Shown piece after piece: positions 39,001-51,738 of a stretch of 64,000 bases of DNA. The translations under genes and the position numbers were made by a program. The DNA comes from Balanoglossus misakiensis (lineage: Eukaryota; Animalia; Hemichordata), in NCBI GenBank assembly GCA_040954595.2, contig CM082587.2, forward strand, positions 1,517,000 through 1,580,999. Reading direction: 5' to 3'. How positions within the stretch are numbered: the stretch's first letter is position 1; every line of letters starts with the position of its first letter. The notes below the pieces were generated by a model that was given only the letters and a program-made list of their open reading frames with translations, made no database searches and was not told where the DNA came from.

Positions 39001-42000
39001 GGTGAAGAAAACCAGACAATTTCTCACCACAACCGACTTCATCGCTGTTGTCACCACAGTCGTCTCGCATGTTACACCTTACCGAGCTAGATTTACAAAA
39101 TCCGTTGTCACATCTAAATTGATCTTCAGTACACTCTAGATTTAAAATCAGAATGATCCACAAGTTACAAGTATGTCACCATTAACAAACAGAGTGGGAC
39201 ATTAGTGACCCCGCGTTAATATAATTTAAAGACCTGGGTATATAATATTACTTAAACACACTAATTTCATCAGTAAACGTCACTTTTTGAGCTGAGAGTC
39301 CTGATGGTCATTGACAAATCAATTTGTGTGTCGCCAAACGAGAACTCGACAGCGTAGATGAAATTCCAACTGGGATGCGGTGAAACCGACAGACATATAC
39401 TTACCACAGCCTATCTCGTCACTGTTATCACCGCAGTCATCAAATCCATCACATTTGTAACTTTCCCTGGTACATATGCCATTGTCGCACTTGAATTCGT
39501 CAACAATGCAGACTGATACAATTTGAAAGAATAGTATCAAGTTAGAAACCTATACATAATCATGTATCTTCACAGGATTGGGTATTACACATTCTGAAGT
39601 AATTTAATGATTACAGGTTATGCAGATTATTGTTAGCATGTGTATAGAAGCAAGCTCTCGATTCATCTATACATACCACACGATGTTTCATCAGAATGGT
39701 CTGCGCAGTCAAAGTAACTATCACATTCTGACAATGCTGATATCTCTCTACCGTCACCACAGACGAATGGCGCTGAAAATAAAGGAATATACAAGGTACT
39801 AGTATATTTTAAGAAACACAATGGTATTGTCACACACACAAATAGAGAATATTATGGTTGGAATTTAGCAAAGGCTGGAATTATCGTTTTCTTCTCATTT
39901 AGTGCATTCAACTCTTAAAACATCTACAAAGTTCATTTATTGTGTACCTACCGCATAAATCGTTATCTTCATCAGAGCCGTTGGGACAGTCATCATCGCC
40001 ATCACAGCGCCTCCAACGGCTAATACACGTCTCACCACAATCGAACTCGTACGAGCTGCATGCTGTTCAGTAATTGTCGTTAGTGACAAAATCGTAAATA
40101 AATATTTTCATCGGATGAGAAATGCAAAACAATTTTTCAACATTGAACCCATCCTAACTTCTGTACCACATACGTATGGATGTAACCACTGATATATCGT
40201 AATGAGTAATGATAACGGTAATTTTGTATACGGGAAGATGGTAGATTTTGTTTTCTTGGAAATGGCCTAAGTGAAAGATCATTTTATTTTAATAGTGATC
40301 AATATTTTATCCTTCCTAATAATCTTACGCAATTTATGTATAAAACAATGGTGTTTACCTTTCAGAAAAGTATAATAAGCGTAGCCGAGTGCAGCAGGTT
40401 TTAAAACAAGCCAAGGCATAAAGCAAGATGTACTTATTTTTCTGGATACTTACGACAATCTCTTTCGTCACTCCCATCATTACAATCTTCTCCTCCATCA
40501 CATTTGTAACCTTGTCGGACGAAGTTGCCGTCGTCACAGACAAAGTGACCTGAAAGAAAAATAATCAAGGACGTTTGAGCAAAATCAACAATTCGGACAC
40601 GCCTGTGCTGGCGCTGTTCTTTTCTGCTTTGCCAGAACAACGACTGTTCTGGGAGTACACAAGGATAGACAGACTTACCACAGTCCAGTTCGTCGCTTTT
40701 ATCACCGCAGTCATCATACGTATCACAAACAGAATAGTTTGAGATACATCTGCCATTATTACAGACGAAATCGTCACAGGCTGAAGGAAAAAAAACGGGA
40801 AAATTTATCATGAACACACAATTGTAAGATAGTATTCAGAACCAAGGCTACCAAAGGAATATAAATATAGGTGATAAGTAATTTGCATCTGCTGCTGCAG
40901 TGTCGCTAACTTTGTTCTAGTTGAAGAAGTCATTGCTGATGACCGATGCATTTGTTTATGCAGGCGGAGTAAACTTACGGCAATTCTGTTCATCACTTCC
41001 ATCTGCACAGTCATCAAACCCATCACAAATATTCCATTCACCTATACAAAGTCCGTCACCGCATCGCTGTCTTGGTGGGTCACATGCTGTAAAAGAATAG
41101 ATATATATTAAAGATACACTATCTGTGACTTTTGTTTTTTTTTCATTTTTTTTTTCAGTCAAATCCGAACTTGAATGCATTTGTCAGCAATAAAAATGAT
41201 CAGAAGATGGCATTTGTACAGGAAATCATAAGACGTCTGCGTTTATACTCACGACAATTTTCTTCGTCACTTCCGTCTGCGCAGTCGTAGGATCCATCAC
41301 AAAAACTGCCTAGATGCGTGCACTCGCCACTACCACACTTCAAAGCAAATTCCCTTCCGCATCCGTTTCCATCCACTGGAATAGAAAAGTTGTGTCTTAT
41401 CGCATTTTTGTCGACATTTATGTCGAGAATCGGGGTGAAGCCATGTCACAGTCATCCAATGGACTGTTTATTTTTGTAAACTTATGTTGCTTGTCTTCAG
41501 GCAATCAGTGATGTATAAAAATAAGCCATCACGATAAAATTGACATTTTAAAACTTACAGCAATTTGCTTCGTCTGAGTTATCTCCGCAATCGTCTTCAT
41601 AATCACAGATGTCGCTTTCTAAAACCATTACTCCGTTATCGCAAGGAACCAAGACTGAAATGCGAATAAAGTCAAGCTTCGATTATTTTTATAGGCGATC
41701 TTGAGTTTCATATGTGTAACACGAGTGATACTTTTCAAGATGTAAGGGTATTCACGTTCTCTAGGTTGTTACTTGTATTTTCATAGATGAGCGAGACAAA
41801 TTGTAGTTAACAAAAATGATTTCCACAAACAGTGTCTTCATTTTCTTCATATAATGCAAATCAGGAAAATATTTCAATCAGCAATGTAGAGTACCTCTAC
41901 ATTTGCCAGGATATACCCCCGTATTGATTCAATGACACTAACCGCATATTTCATCACTTCCGTCTTCACAATCGTCATAGCCATCACAAATAGATGATTC

Positions 42001-44617
42001 ATGAATACATGTGCCGTCGGAACATGATTTATATCGGTACATTTCTTCACAGTCTGAAATTAAATGTGTTACTAGTATCAGTGTAGTACTTTGCAAATGT
42101 TGCATAATATGAAAAAATGTGAAAACGTTGATTTACTTCTACACGCGTACTTCAAAGACAGAACTTTTAGACGGAAAGAACATATTATATAAGAAAGATG
42201 CCATCTCTTCAAACATTTACTACAGTGAGTTGTCGAGTGTTGGCAGGAAATGAAAACACTTGAATAAGGTTGCGATGTCGCCACAACATTGATTCACTGA
42301 TTGTTGTACTGACCACAGTCTTCTTCATCTTCTCCGTTGCGGCAGTCCCGCCCACCATCACAGATCCAGCGATGCGAGATTGTAGCGCCGTCATCACACA
42401 CAACTTTCGATACACAAATAGTGGAATACGCACGGTTAGATTATACAGCACGCTAATTAAAACACGTGATCCATACATTTAAATATGGCAAATTCGAATA
42501 TGTTGGTTGCTATTGTTGTCTTCGACTTTAATGGTCATTGAAAATACAACAAAGACTTACAGTCTGTTTTGTCACATGACATTTCATCACTGCCATCCAC
42601 GCAATTAGGAAAGCCATCACAAACGGACGTCATCGGAATCTTCCTGTCAAATGGACATTCGAAAGTTGGTAGGGCTACAACGAGAAATAGATATTTATGA
42701 AAATGAGACAGTGAACACCGTATTTTCTTTTTAATTTCAAAAAGCTCCCACCTCTACCCCATACACAAAATTTAGAGGACCATCCGTTTTCTGAAACTTT
42801 GTCCTTGAGACTTGAACTACATCAATCTTGCATTTCCGAGACAATTTTGTATGTCGTCCAGTGAGAGTATCAGAGTTTCCGCTAATTTATGCTAGGATAT
42901 ACCACTTTGATTGTCTCAGGGAAGATTATGGTATGATGATGATATTTTGTCACACGTGTCTACTTACTGCATGTAATTTCATCACCTCCATCTGGACAAT
43001 CAGGTAAACCATCACAGATTTGCATTTCCGGAACACATGTGAGTCCATCAGAGCAGGCATACTCTGTTGGATAACATTCTAAAGACAAAACAATAGGGTT
43101 ATGAATCAGTGGCAATCGAACAAAATTGTTTCATCGAAGCAATTGATAATGATAAGCAAAGTATATAAGTATAGGAATGGGAATCTGTAGGCTGCAAAAG
43201 AGAATGTGCATCGCATCGGTGGTAAATTCTCAGTAGGTTTTAGCATTCATGGATCATCATCATCAGCGCTCGCATTTGTGATGACCAATCATGGGTTTAA
43301 TGGCGGAAACACCGTTTTAATACGATGTAATTCATAGTCGAAATAATATAAAAGCCAATTTGAATTAACTAGTGTTCGATCTTCAATGTCGGAAATATAA
43401 CAGTATTCAATCATCATGACTTCATTATTAAAATTGGTGAAGCTTTATGATAATTTCATAAATGATCATAGAGACTTCAATTATCGAAATTATTTATGCC
43501 TCTTAAAAATAATTCAAATTATTAATTACAGCGTTGCTTCTTGTTATTGCCACGTGGCAGTTTGGTGTGGTCATGTCATAGCTGGTTTCCCTCTACAATA
43601 ATTTTCTAATGTTTTTTTTTATTCTGTAATCATACTGGCGGAAAACTGTGGGATTTGACCAAACCGTCTACTGACCCTGTACTGGTTCCACACAGGTTTT
43701 CCCGCAGTCTACGTCACAACATTTCAGATTGGATGGGCATTCGGCATCACTGTTACAGATGACGTCACAAGAACCGACAGAGTCGCCGGCTGGACACTGG
43801 CCAGCTTTCAGACCTAAGTAAGAAATAAAAAAACGAGAAAACTTACAAAATACTTGTGATAGTGACCCAAAATGATTATGTATTGTACTTAAAGTTTTAA
43901 CAAACATTTAAGCATTTATGTAATTGCGATGTCCACAATCCATGGATGAAAGAAGATATTTTATGGTGTTCATTGCAGGGATTTGGGGTAAATACCTTTG
44001 CAGACTGGCCTATCTCTATTTGGCGGAGTGGCTGTGCGAGCGATCAGATTGCCATAAGCGTTAAAACACCCACAGATACCGTTTGAAGTACACTGCAACG
44101 GTTTAAAACGTCCATCCTTCTCGCATTCCAGATTCAGGCCGCCGAAATAGGGGTTCTCGGTGAGATTGAACTGCGCCATTATCGATTCTGCCATGGCCAG
44201 TAACTCGTTGCAGTACCGGGGTTCGTCGCCTTTTCCAATGGCACCCCCTGGAAATTTAAGCACAGATACATGTAGAACCTTTTCTTTCGTGTGGATCAAA
44301 ATGAGTTACATTTCTACACACAGAGCTATTTGACGAGGTGATAGTGAACAGTGGGATGGTATAAATTGCAAAAAAAAAAACATGCAAATAGTTTCCGTGC
44401 ATTAAGGTTGACTAGAAATTCTTTGATTCAAGAGTTGTCACGAATTGAAACTGGTTTAGAAAAAAACTTCACGTAATCTCTTGATCAACATATGGGATAG
44501 TAAAGATGTTTAAAACCATATATCATTTAACTTACCGATAGCATTGCTTTGTACAAATGGACAAAACCCAACAACCAAACAGACACAGATAAGACTCGTC
44601 AGCTCAAAGGTTGCCAT
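36048..44617 (-). CDS. Secreted cysteine-rich modular protein, ~916 aa: signal peptide + thyroglobulin type-1 + WAP + 21 LDL-receptor class A modules; no TM segment
   Basis: Exons (minus strand, all introns phase 1, GT-AG): 44617-44536 ([27 protein letters not shown]), 44247-43996 (Tg1: [20 protein letters not shown]), 43813-43676 (WAP: KAGQCP..C..IC.SDAECP.NLKCC..CGKTC). LDLa exons: 43078-42968, 42674-42561, 42403-42314, 42053-41943, 41654-41559, 41375-41253, 41086-40979, 40780-40679, 40549-40454, 40062-39952, 39772-39677, 39512-39405, 39135-39028, 38774-38679, 38548-38441, 38164-38057, 37731-37633, 37283-37173, 36953-36789, 36562-36455, 36157-36048 (stop). Each carries a C.G/D..DC.D.SDE..C-type core, and all internal exon lengths are multiples of 3. 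Confidence 0.9.
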
Positions 44618-47575
44618 GACGCCAAGCCTATAAGACACACAAATGTGCACACAAGATAACTGAAAAAAAGTTTGTGTCCATACCGGTATATAAACCATCA
44701 ATCGTTAATTATCAACTTGAAGTTAATTGTCCTTAATAGGAATGATCATTTCCGCGGTCTCATTGCAAGTCAGTCCTAATATTTTTAAAATGTTATTTCC
44801 GTTGCTGTTATAGTATAATTATGGAAAGATGATACCGATTGGTCCCATTTTCGTAGAATTTGCATATGGATTACACTGGTAGATTAGTGCGCGCATGCGT
44901 GTTGTTGTTGTCGCCGATATAATCTTTGTTTGTGTTGTCGTATCTGTTCGGTATTTCTAATACTTCATAAAAATTCATGTTTTAATATCGCACCCCGCTT
45001 CCTGACTCCATTATATATTTAAAATGATCATCAATCTTAAATGAATTTGGCATCCAGTTACCCCCCACCTAAATCGGATTCCTTATCCCTACAACAAAAC
45101 TATTGGATTCACAAGGTGTAAAAATAAGCGTTTGTCACAATTATTATCCATATTTTTATCAACACCACGGGAGGACTTCTCACTTTAGAGAAATTCAGTT
45201 GCCTCCAGAACACCGATGATGTGTGAGGTACCTTCAGTGTGTGGAGAGCGGCGCTTTGATGTGCCGCAATCCAGCTATAGGTACGGCGTTCAGTAAAAGT
45301 GTCGGAAATGGAATGTTACCTCAATCAAGTGGACCCTATACTGTCTAGTAAAACGCTCTCCTCAGCACAACAGTATATAATGCGTTATCTTCAGAAATTT
45401 TTAAGAACTATCTGGAATGATTTGGCCCTAAGTAACTCCGAGTCGGCTGTCGGATGTCCGGCTCTTTCTGAAATGTCGATGCCGGCACTTTGACACGAAA
45501 GTGTCGCTACTAAACAGCAAAGAGATAGAAATACGAAAGTGACACTGGTCCAATAGAGAAAAAGAACTAGTGGCAAATTGGTTACGTTATTGTTGTCGAT
45601 ATTACAGTCTCCGTTAGTTGTTGCATAAAAGTCAACCAATTCAATGCAAGGTATATCGTCATCACGTTCGATTGGATCAACGGCCACAATATCCCCGATG
45701 TGCGAAAAAAAACTTTCTTCCTGGTACCACACTCGTGAGACATCAAAGGTTAGAGTGTCATTTTGTATTTATTAAAAAGACCGCAAAGTCGCTTGATGTG
45801 TAGGCGAGCGACCTTTCTCCATAATGTAACATAGATTGACGTCAAGAAGATCTCGCCCACCACCAGTATTTCGCAAAAATAATTCGCGCAATGAATTTGG
45901 GATTCAGTCTGGTTTTTTTTTATATAGTGTCAACAAACCGAAACACATCGACAATCGACCAAGACGTGACGCGGGTCGAAACTATCATTGCTTCCACGTC
46001 ACGCTACCTTTGTTCGCTTATTTGAATAAATTGTGATCGGAACAATGAGGGACAGATAGACTATGCAGACAAAGGCACTCGATACATCATCATTTTCTGT
46101 CCACGAACTTATATCCGATGAACATCAATCATCCTGATACATTCATCTTTCTTTTTAAACTTTCTGAACTTGCTTACATTTAACATGACTATGTTCATTA
46201 ATATGCATGTTATATTTCTATTTCTAGACCCTATTTCTCAAATCAGTGCATGTGATCCTATACGTGAACAAGTGTAACTACAAGGAGAACACACATCTCT
46301 TGAACTCTTGCAATGAGTTTACCGAGGCTAATTTTTATTCACGTTGCAGATGGCGTCGTATTTTATGAAGTCACCACGAATTGTGTTACGAGACGGGAAA
46401 AATGAACACGTATAAATAACCAGCTCAGCTGGCAATCGATGAAAATATACGCTGAAATCAATTGGGTATGTCCTCGCCTTTTGCGCGTAATCTCGCGGTT
46501 CTCCGCCACCTTGCAGACATCACCCTGCTGCGAGATTTCGTTCAGAACCAAACGATCAACGCTGTTTGCGATTAACATGACGTTGTAGACTCACGTGATA
46601 TCGGTGAGTTGAACGCCATGATGAAAAGACCACGTTACCACGGTAACGAGTTAAATTTACTGGACGATATAATAACTGATATTGATAGTGCCGTGACAAG
46701 AATACTTGCGTACGTTCCACACAGAAATTCTCTAAGCCGGATTCACACATTTCCGAGAATATAATAACTTTTCACCTTCTCAGAGAGTTTAGCTCAAAGC
46801 TGTTGCAAACTTGTCGCCCACGCAACGATGAGAATCTCATACACACACCTAGTAAATTATATATTATAAAATATGCAGATGTATCTAGATCCATATATTT
46901 GGCGCGCCTACATGTGGCTGAGAGTTGTATAGGTTTCTGGCTAACTTGTCAGTTCGCACTATCGAAGATCGGACCCGAATTGCAATAATCACAGCCGATA
47001 AGGTAAGGATCATGTCCGAGGAGTTTTATTTATTCATTCGTCATTTAGTCATCACGCTCGATATTTTTTCTAGTTCACCAGAGAAGTCTCTCTCCCTCTC
47101 TTTCTCTCTCTGTATCTCTCTCCCGTATAAACTCCGTAAAACCTTTCTCTATTACCCCGTCTTCCTCTCCAGCTATACGTCTTTATCTTCTCCATGAGAC
47201 CTGGATCTTTCCCAAGAATGTTTTTTATACAAGAATTTAAAGCCTGGTCCACATTACAAGATGTTGTAGTATTAGTGCAATGGTATAAAACATTTATCAA
47301 CCTGACATTATAAGACTCAGTCGGGGAAAATAGCTACTGTGTGAAAGCTGGAAGCTGCAACACACGAATTCGAGATTTAACCTCGGAAACGAGCTACTGT
47401 ATTAAGTAAACGTAATGGATGAATTGATTTCGCTTGCAATGCTAAGACTAAACCGTTTTGACATTTTCACAAGATTGCGTTTCGATTAAGCATGAATGGA
47501 GTCAATACGCGCGTGTGTGTCTGTTTGTCTATATGTCCGTTTGTTTGTCTGTCTTTGTGTTATTGTTGCTGTGTA

Positions 47576-47603
47576 TGTTGTTGTTGTTGTTGTTGTTGTT
47601 GTT
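47576..47603. repeat. (GTT)n microsatellite, about 9 units
   Basis: tgttgttgttgttgttgttgttgttgtt read directly from the sequence. Confidence 0.9.
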
Positions 47604-50600
47604 ATAACTAAATTCGTAAACGTCTGTAACTGAATATTGCAACTGCTCTGTTACATAAGGCTTCACTAATCTCATATGCCCAGATACCCCTATCGAGTAA
47701 ATGAACCACTGCTCACTTATCTAAAAGCCAAGAACGTTTCTAGTTGTAAAATCCGTCTTACCTTAATCGCCATTTCTTAATTCCCACTTAAGACAAGTGC
47801 GTTTTTCCGTGATCCACATGCTGTAAACAACTTCGTCCACCACTTGTTACTATCAGCCGACACGCACCATTCACCTTCGTTCGAGATTCGTCATGACGGG
47901 TGGCTGCCAAGAGAAATCAACATTTTTAAATCACGCAACTTCTATCTCCGTTTGCTTTAAGATGGTTGAATACCATATATTGACGAATTTCTTTCTCAGT
48001 GTGATGATTTTTAGCAGTTTAATCAACATATGTCACCAGCAGGATCCTATTTTTTTCTCAGAAAATATTACAAAATTTAATTGGCTGCCAAATTTACGAT
48101 ATATGACACTAGTCAATATGATATGTTGAATTTGTCATATTTTGGTCAAGATAGTGGTGGTGACTAAATTTACATGAAACGAAATGAATTGATCAAAACA
48201 TCGCGATGGTGGATTCCACGTGCGCGTTTATATAATCAATCTTTCAGATTCAATCAGATCAAATCCTATCAAGTTGATGAAAAGTAATGCGTGCGTTATT
48301 TTGATGGACGCTGGAAGAGAGGTTTTGAATGAAAGAGAGCATTTGTTGACGCGTCCGTCAGTATTTGACTCTTGAAGAAAGTTAAATAATATCACTGGCT
48401 TTCACAACAAAACAATAAAGAGGCAGAAAAATGCTCTGTCACTTCAACACGCAAAGCCAGCGTCTTCAATTCTCCAAATTTAGCGATGACCTATTACAAA
48501 ATGTCACAGTTGTCATGGGAACGTACCTCTCATTTCATAATTATGACCAGAAGCCATTGGTTTTTATTTGGATTCAATGTTTTACTGTACTGCAGCAGCT
48601 GATCAAATTTCCCGTCCGTAGAGGCATATCATAATGTGTTCCATCAAATGTTCAACGCTCTCGTAACTGTCAATGCCAGTCATAGTTTCAATCAGGAGGA
48701 TGAGTTATTTCGACATAAAACCAAGCATTTTTTCACAAAGTGTCATGTGAGTAAATCTGGGCAGATGTTTAGATGTTCTGTCGAAATAAATCAGGTTTAG
48801 CATCTGCCCAGAGAGGCTTTGCGCACGCAACAAGACAAAATTGAAAAATGTAATTATTTTAAACAAAGAAAATCGTTTATGAAGCAGTTTTGTCGATGAA
48901 TAGTACCGCATTCATACAGACCTGGTACTCCCCGGCCAGCGTAAAGTAATCGCACAACCCAGCGAATATCATAGCTATGGAATGACCTGGTAAATCGCGT
49001 TAAACTGCCCAACTGTTATCGAAAACAATCTCGCCTTTCAGAAGAACTTCAAAGTATATAATTGAAAGCAAACCATTTAGAAGCAGACGAACACATGTTG
49101 TTATCAGACGCGTGGTGACTCGAAATACTTTGAAATCGACGATAAAATCATCACGAATTAACGATGTATAACTCCCACATGGGGTTTACAGACGTCAGAC
49201 AGCAATCAAGATTTTTTTCCCGAAAAGAGAGCGATTGATAGCCGGCGTTCTTGTATCAATGCAAACTGAAAGTATTCAAAGTTTCTAAACAAACTTTCAA
49301 GCGAAAAGAAAAGTAAAGCGCCGGGAAAAGTGAAAGATTTGATAAATTGTCGGCTTTTGGATTCAAACGATCTATTCTGGTTCTTTCTGTTGGAAGAAAT
49401 AGCCGCATGTATATTATAGTAAAGTCGGTAAATCATTATGAACTGCGGCCACCGTCACATCTTCATTGCAATCTCTCTTTTCAAAATCATCGTGTTCGTC
49501 TGACTATTGAATCAACAGACAACAAAGACGTCCTCTGTGTATTGTATAAGAACTTGTGTTCAAATGTGCATCAGAAAATGAATGGAAAGATGATAGCATT
49601 AAGAACGGTCTGCGTGGGAGGAGTTAAGTAGAAAAAGTCATCGGTTCTTTAGATTCATGTTCATCACCGGCTTCTGTCTGTGCGCATGCACCTGAGGGCG
49701 GATTAGAAGGGTAAGGCATATTAAAAGGCCAATATGTGTAACTCATGTTTGTTTGTGACTACATTTTGATCTCCTCTAAACATCATCCCGAAAAGTTCAA
49801 ACTATTTGATAAACCCTCGCCAATCTCCCTACAGACTACAACTTAGCAGGGAAACTGTCCTCCAGAAATGTCACTGACCGCTTGACCAAACGGAACAAAA
49901 AGTGGAGTTACCATTCTGTATCTTAGACCTGTCCACTCTCTCTGATTATGTACACTAAGAAGTACACCTGCGACGTAATGTAACCATAGTAACCAAAGCG
50001 TGTCGCCAACAACGCGAGGTATGGTGCATATTACCGACGTCTCCAAACACTCGCGTGGAACCGCATCTGTACATATATCCCCTCAGGGTCAGTACTTGAC
50101 ACCACGCGTCGCACTCACAAATCAGACATGCCGTTTTATAAACTTGAAGAACATCTTCGAGATTTCCACCGGCAGTCGACATATTCTTCGACGCCAAGGA
50201 ATCAAGCTTACATACACATGTACCTTTGCACATCAATCTGATTGCGGCAGCAGCAGAACAAGCGAAGTAAAGACACCGAATATCTCTACAGCTGATATTA
50301 ATCAGATTACTATGCACACCACGCACCGAAAAGAAACTTTTCAAATTAAACTTCGAGGACACTACTTTACGGAGTCCCGGAGGTCGCAGTGACGAACAGT
50401 GGCATTCGGGCGATGTGTAGGATTTTTTTTAAACTTTCCATTGATGTAATGACAATATTCGAATGAATCCCACGCTGCTACTGATTACGTAGAAAGCCTC
50501 GCTAAGTCTGCGGAAGTTCATACATGTACGTGAGAGTCTATACATCCCAATACTTTTCTTATCACATTCAGTTGGTTCAAAGAGACCGTTATGGTCTGGG

Positions 50601-51078
50601 AATTGGATTTTCAATCTCAGTGCCATATTTTCCTTTACCGGCTGGATGCCCAGTGCACATTAATGAATGTGTCTTATTCCAACAGAGAAACGAGATGTAG
50701 TGGAAAAATAAATCATCAATATGAGGTCAGAGGTCATGAGATCTCTCATATCTCTCTGCGTTGAAAATGTTGTAGACACCGTAAAAGTCAGTATGAGGTA
50801 CAATGACTGGAGCGAGTCAGAGTTATTAGGCCTACTCTAACAGTTTCGCTCGGCGTCGTAACGATAATGGCTCGGTCGTTTATGTTGGCCTCTTGACATT
50901 GATAATGAACTGAAAACAACAATTTTTACAACAGTGATCTTGCAAATATCACGCTCCATCATTCCCCTCTGTCTGTCTGGGAAATACTCAGATATTATCG
51001 GAAAGCTATAATAAATTTCTCGACCACTAAATCCTGGCTTTGAATTAAATTTTCAGAATTAAAGCGCACATCGCTACG

Positions 51079-51738
51079 ATGATTGTTTATCTGATAACAT
51101 TCCTCATCATCTCGACGACAGTGTTGGCGTCCCCAGCCACCAACCGCGGTCGTTATGGTGATACAGGAGCCTCCGATCCTCTCAGTCAAGACGGACAAAC
51201 AGTATGTATTTTTCTTGCTTGCTTTCGTATACTAGTTGGCCGTCTTCTTACGCTAGCTAGTTTTTTTTAAGTGAGGATGACGTACAGACATGCTTGTCAA
51301 AACTTGAAAAAAGTTTTGAAGAAAAAAATCTGCCCTTATAATCACTGGCTACTGTTTACATCCACGCCTAAGACCTGTTCATTTTCCTGCCTAGTTTTCC
51401 CTCGAGCTCGAATCATGGGGCTATCACGGACAAGGCCAGATGGAGGTTTTGTTCACAAAGTGTATGCAGATAATTTTACTCTAAACGACAGTAGAATGTT
51501 TGCGTGTCATAGACGGCGTGCTATAAGTATTCGCCTCCGAGTATCGGTATATATGTGTGGTTAAATTCAGTGTTATCTAATACATGGCATTTCACTCTCA
51601 CATCACCAGGTGGAAAGGCGCCGAATCAGTCTGTTCCACAACCAGATCATCGACTGTGACAAGATTTGCAAAGGCAGACGAAAGGCATCCGACTGCTACC
51701 GAATTTGTCTCATTCTCAGTGAAATCGCAACTCAGTAA
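51079..51738 (+). CDS. Small secreted cysteine-containing prepropeptide (83 aa), two coding exons; neuropeptide-, antimicrobial- or toxin-like
   Basis: Exon 51079-51201 encodes MIVYLITFLIISTTVLASPATNRGRYGDTGASDPLSQDGQT, followed by donor GTATGT. Acceptor CACCAG precedes exon 51610-51738, VERRRISLFHNQIIDCDKICKGRRKASDCYRICLILSEIATQ*; the join is phase 0. It has a hydrophobic signal peptide with VLA-SP cleavage, an upstream acceptor TTTTCAG at 51,050-51,056 and AATAAA at 52,079-52,084. Confidence 0.72.

Noticed and set aside
36048-43078. Calling the LDLa gene LRP1/LRP2/SORL1/VLDLR
   Set aside because: It has no EGF, YWTD, VPS10 or TM/NPxY segments, and the stop follows the last LDLa module directly.
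44684-44694. Possible TATA box upstream of the LDLa-gene ATG
   Set aside because: The canonical TATATAAA is on the opposite strand, and the motif is too short to call without TSS data.
46363-50626. Short ORFs of 60-135 aa on both strands
   Set aside because: No recognisable motifs and no consistent splice-flanked exon chain; consistent with chance ORFs in intergenic DNA.
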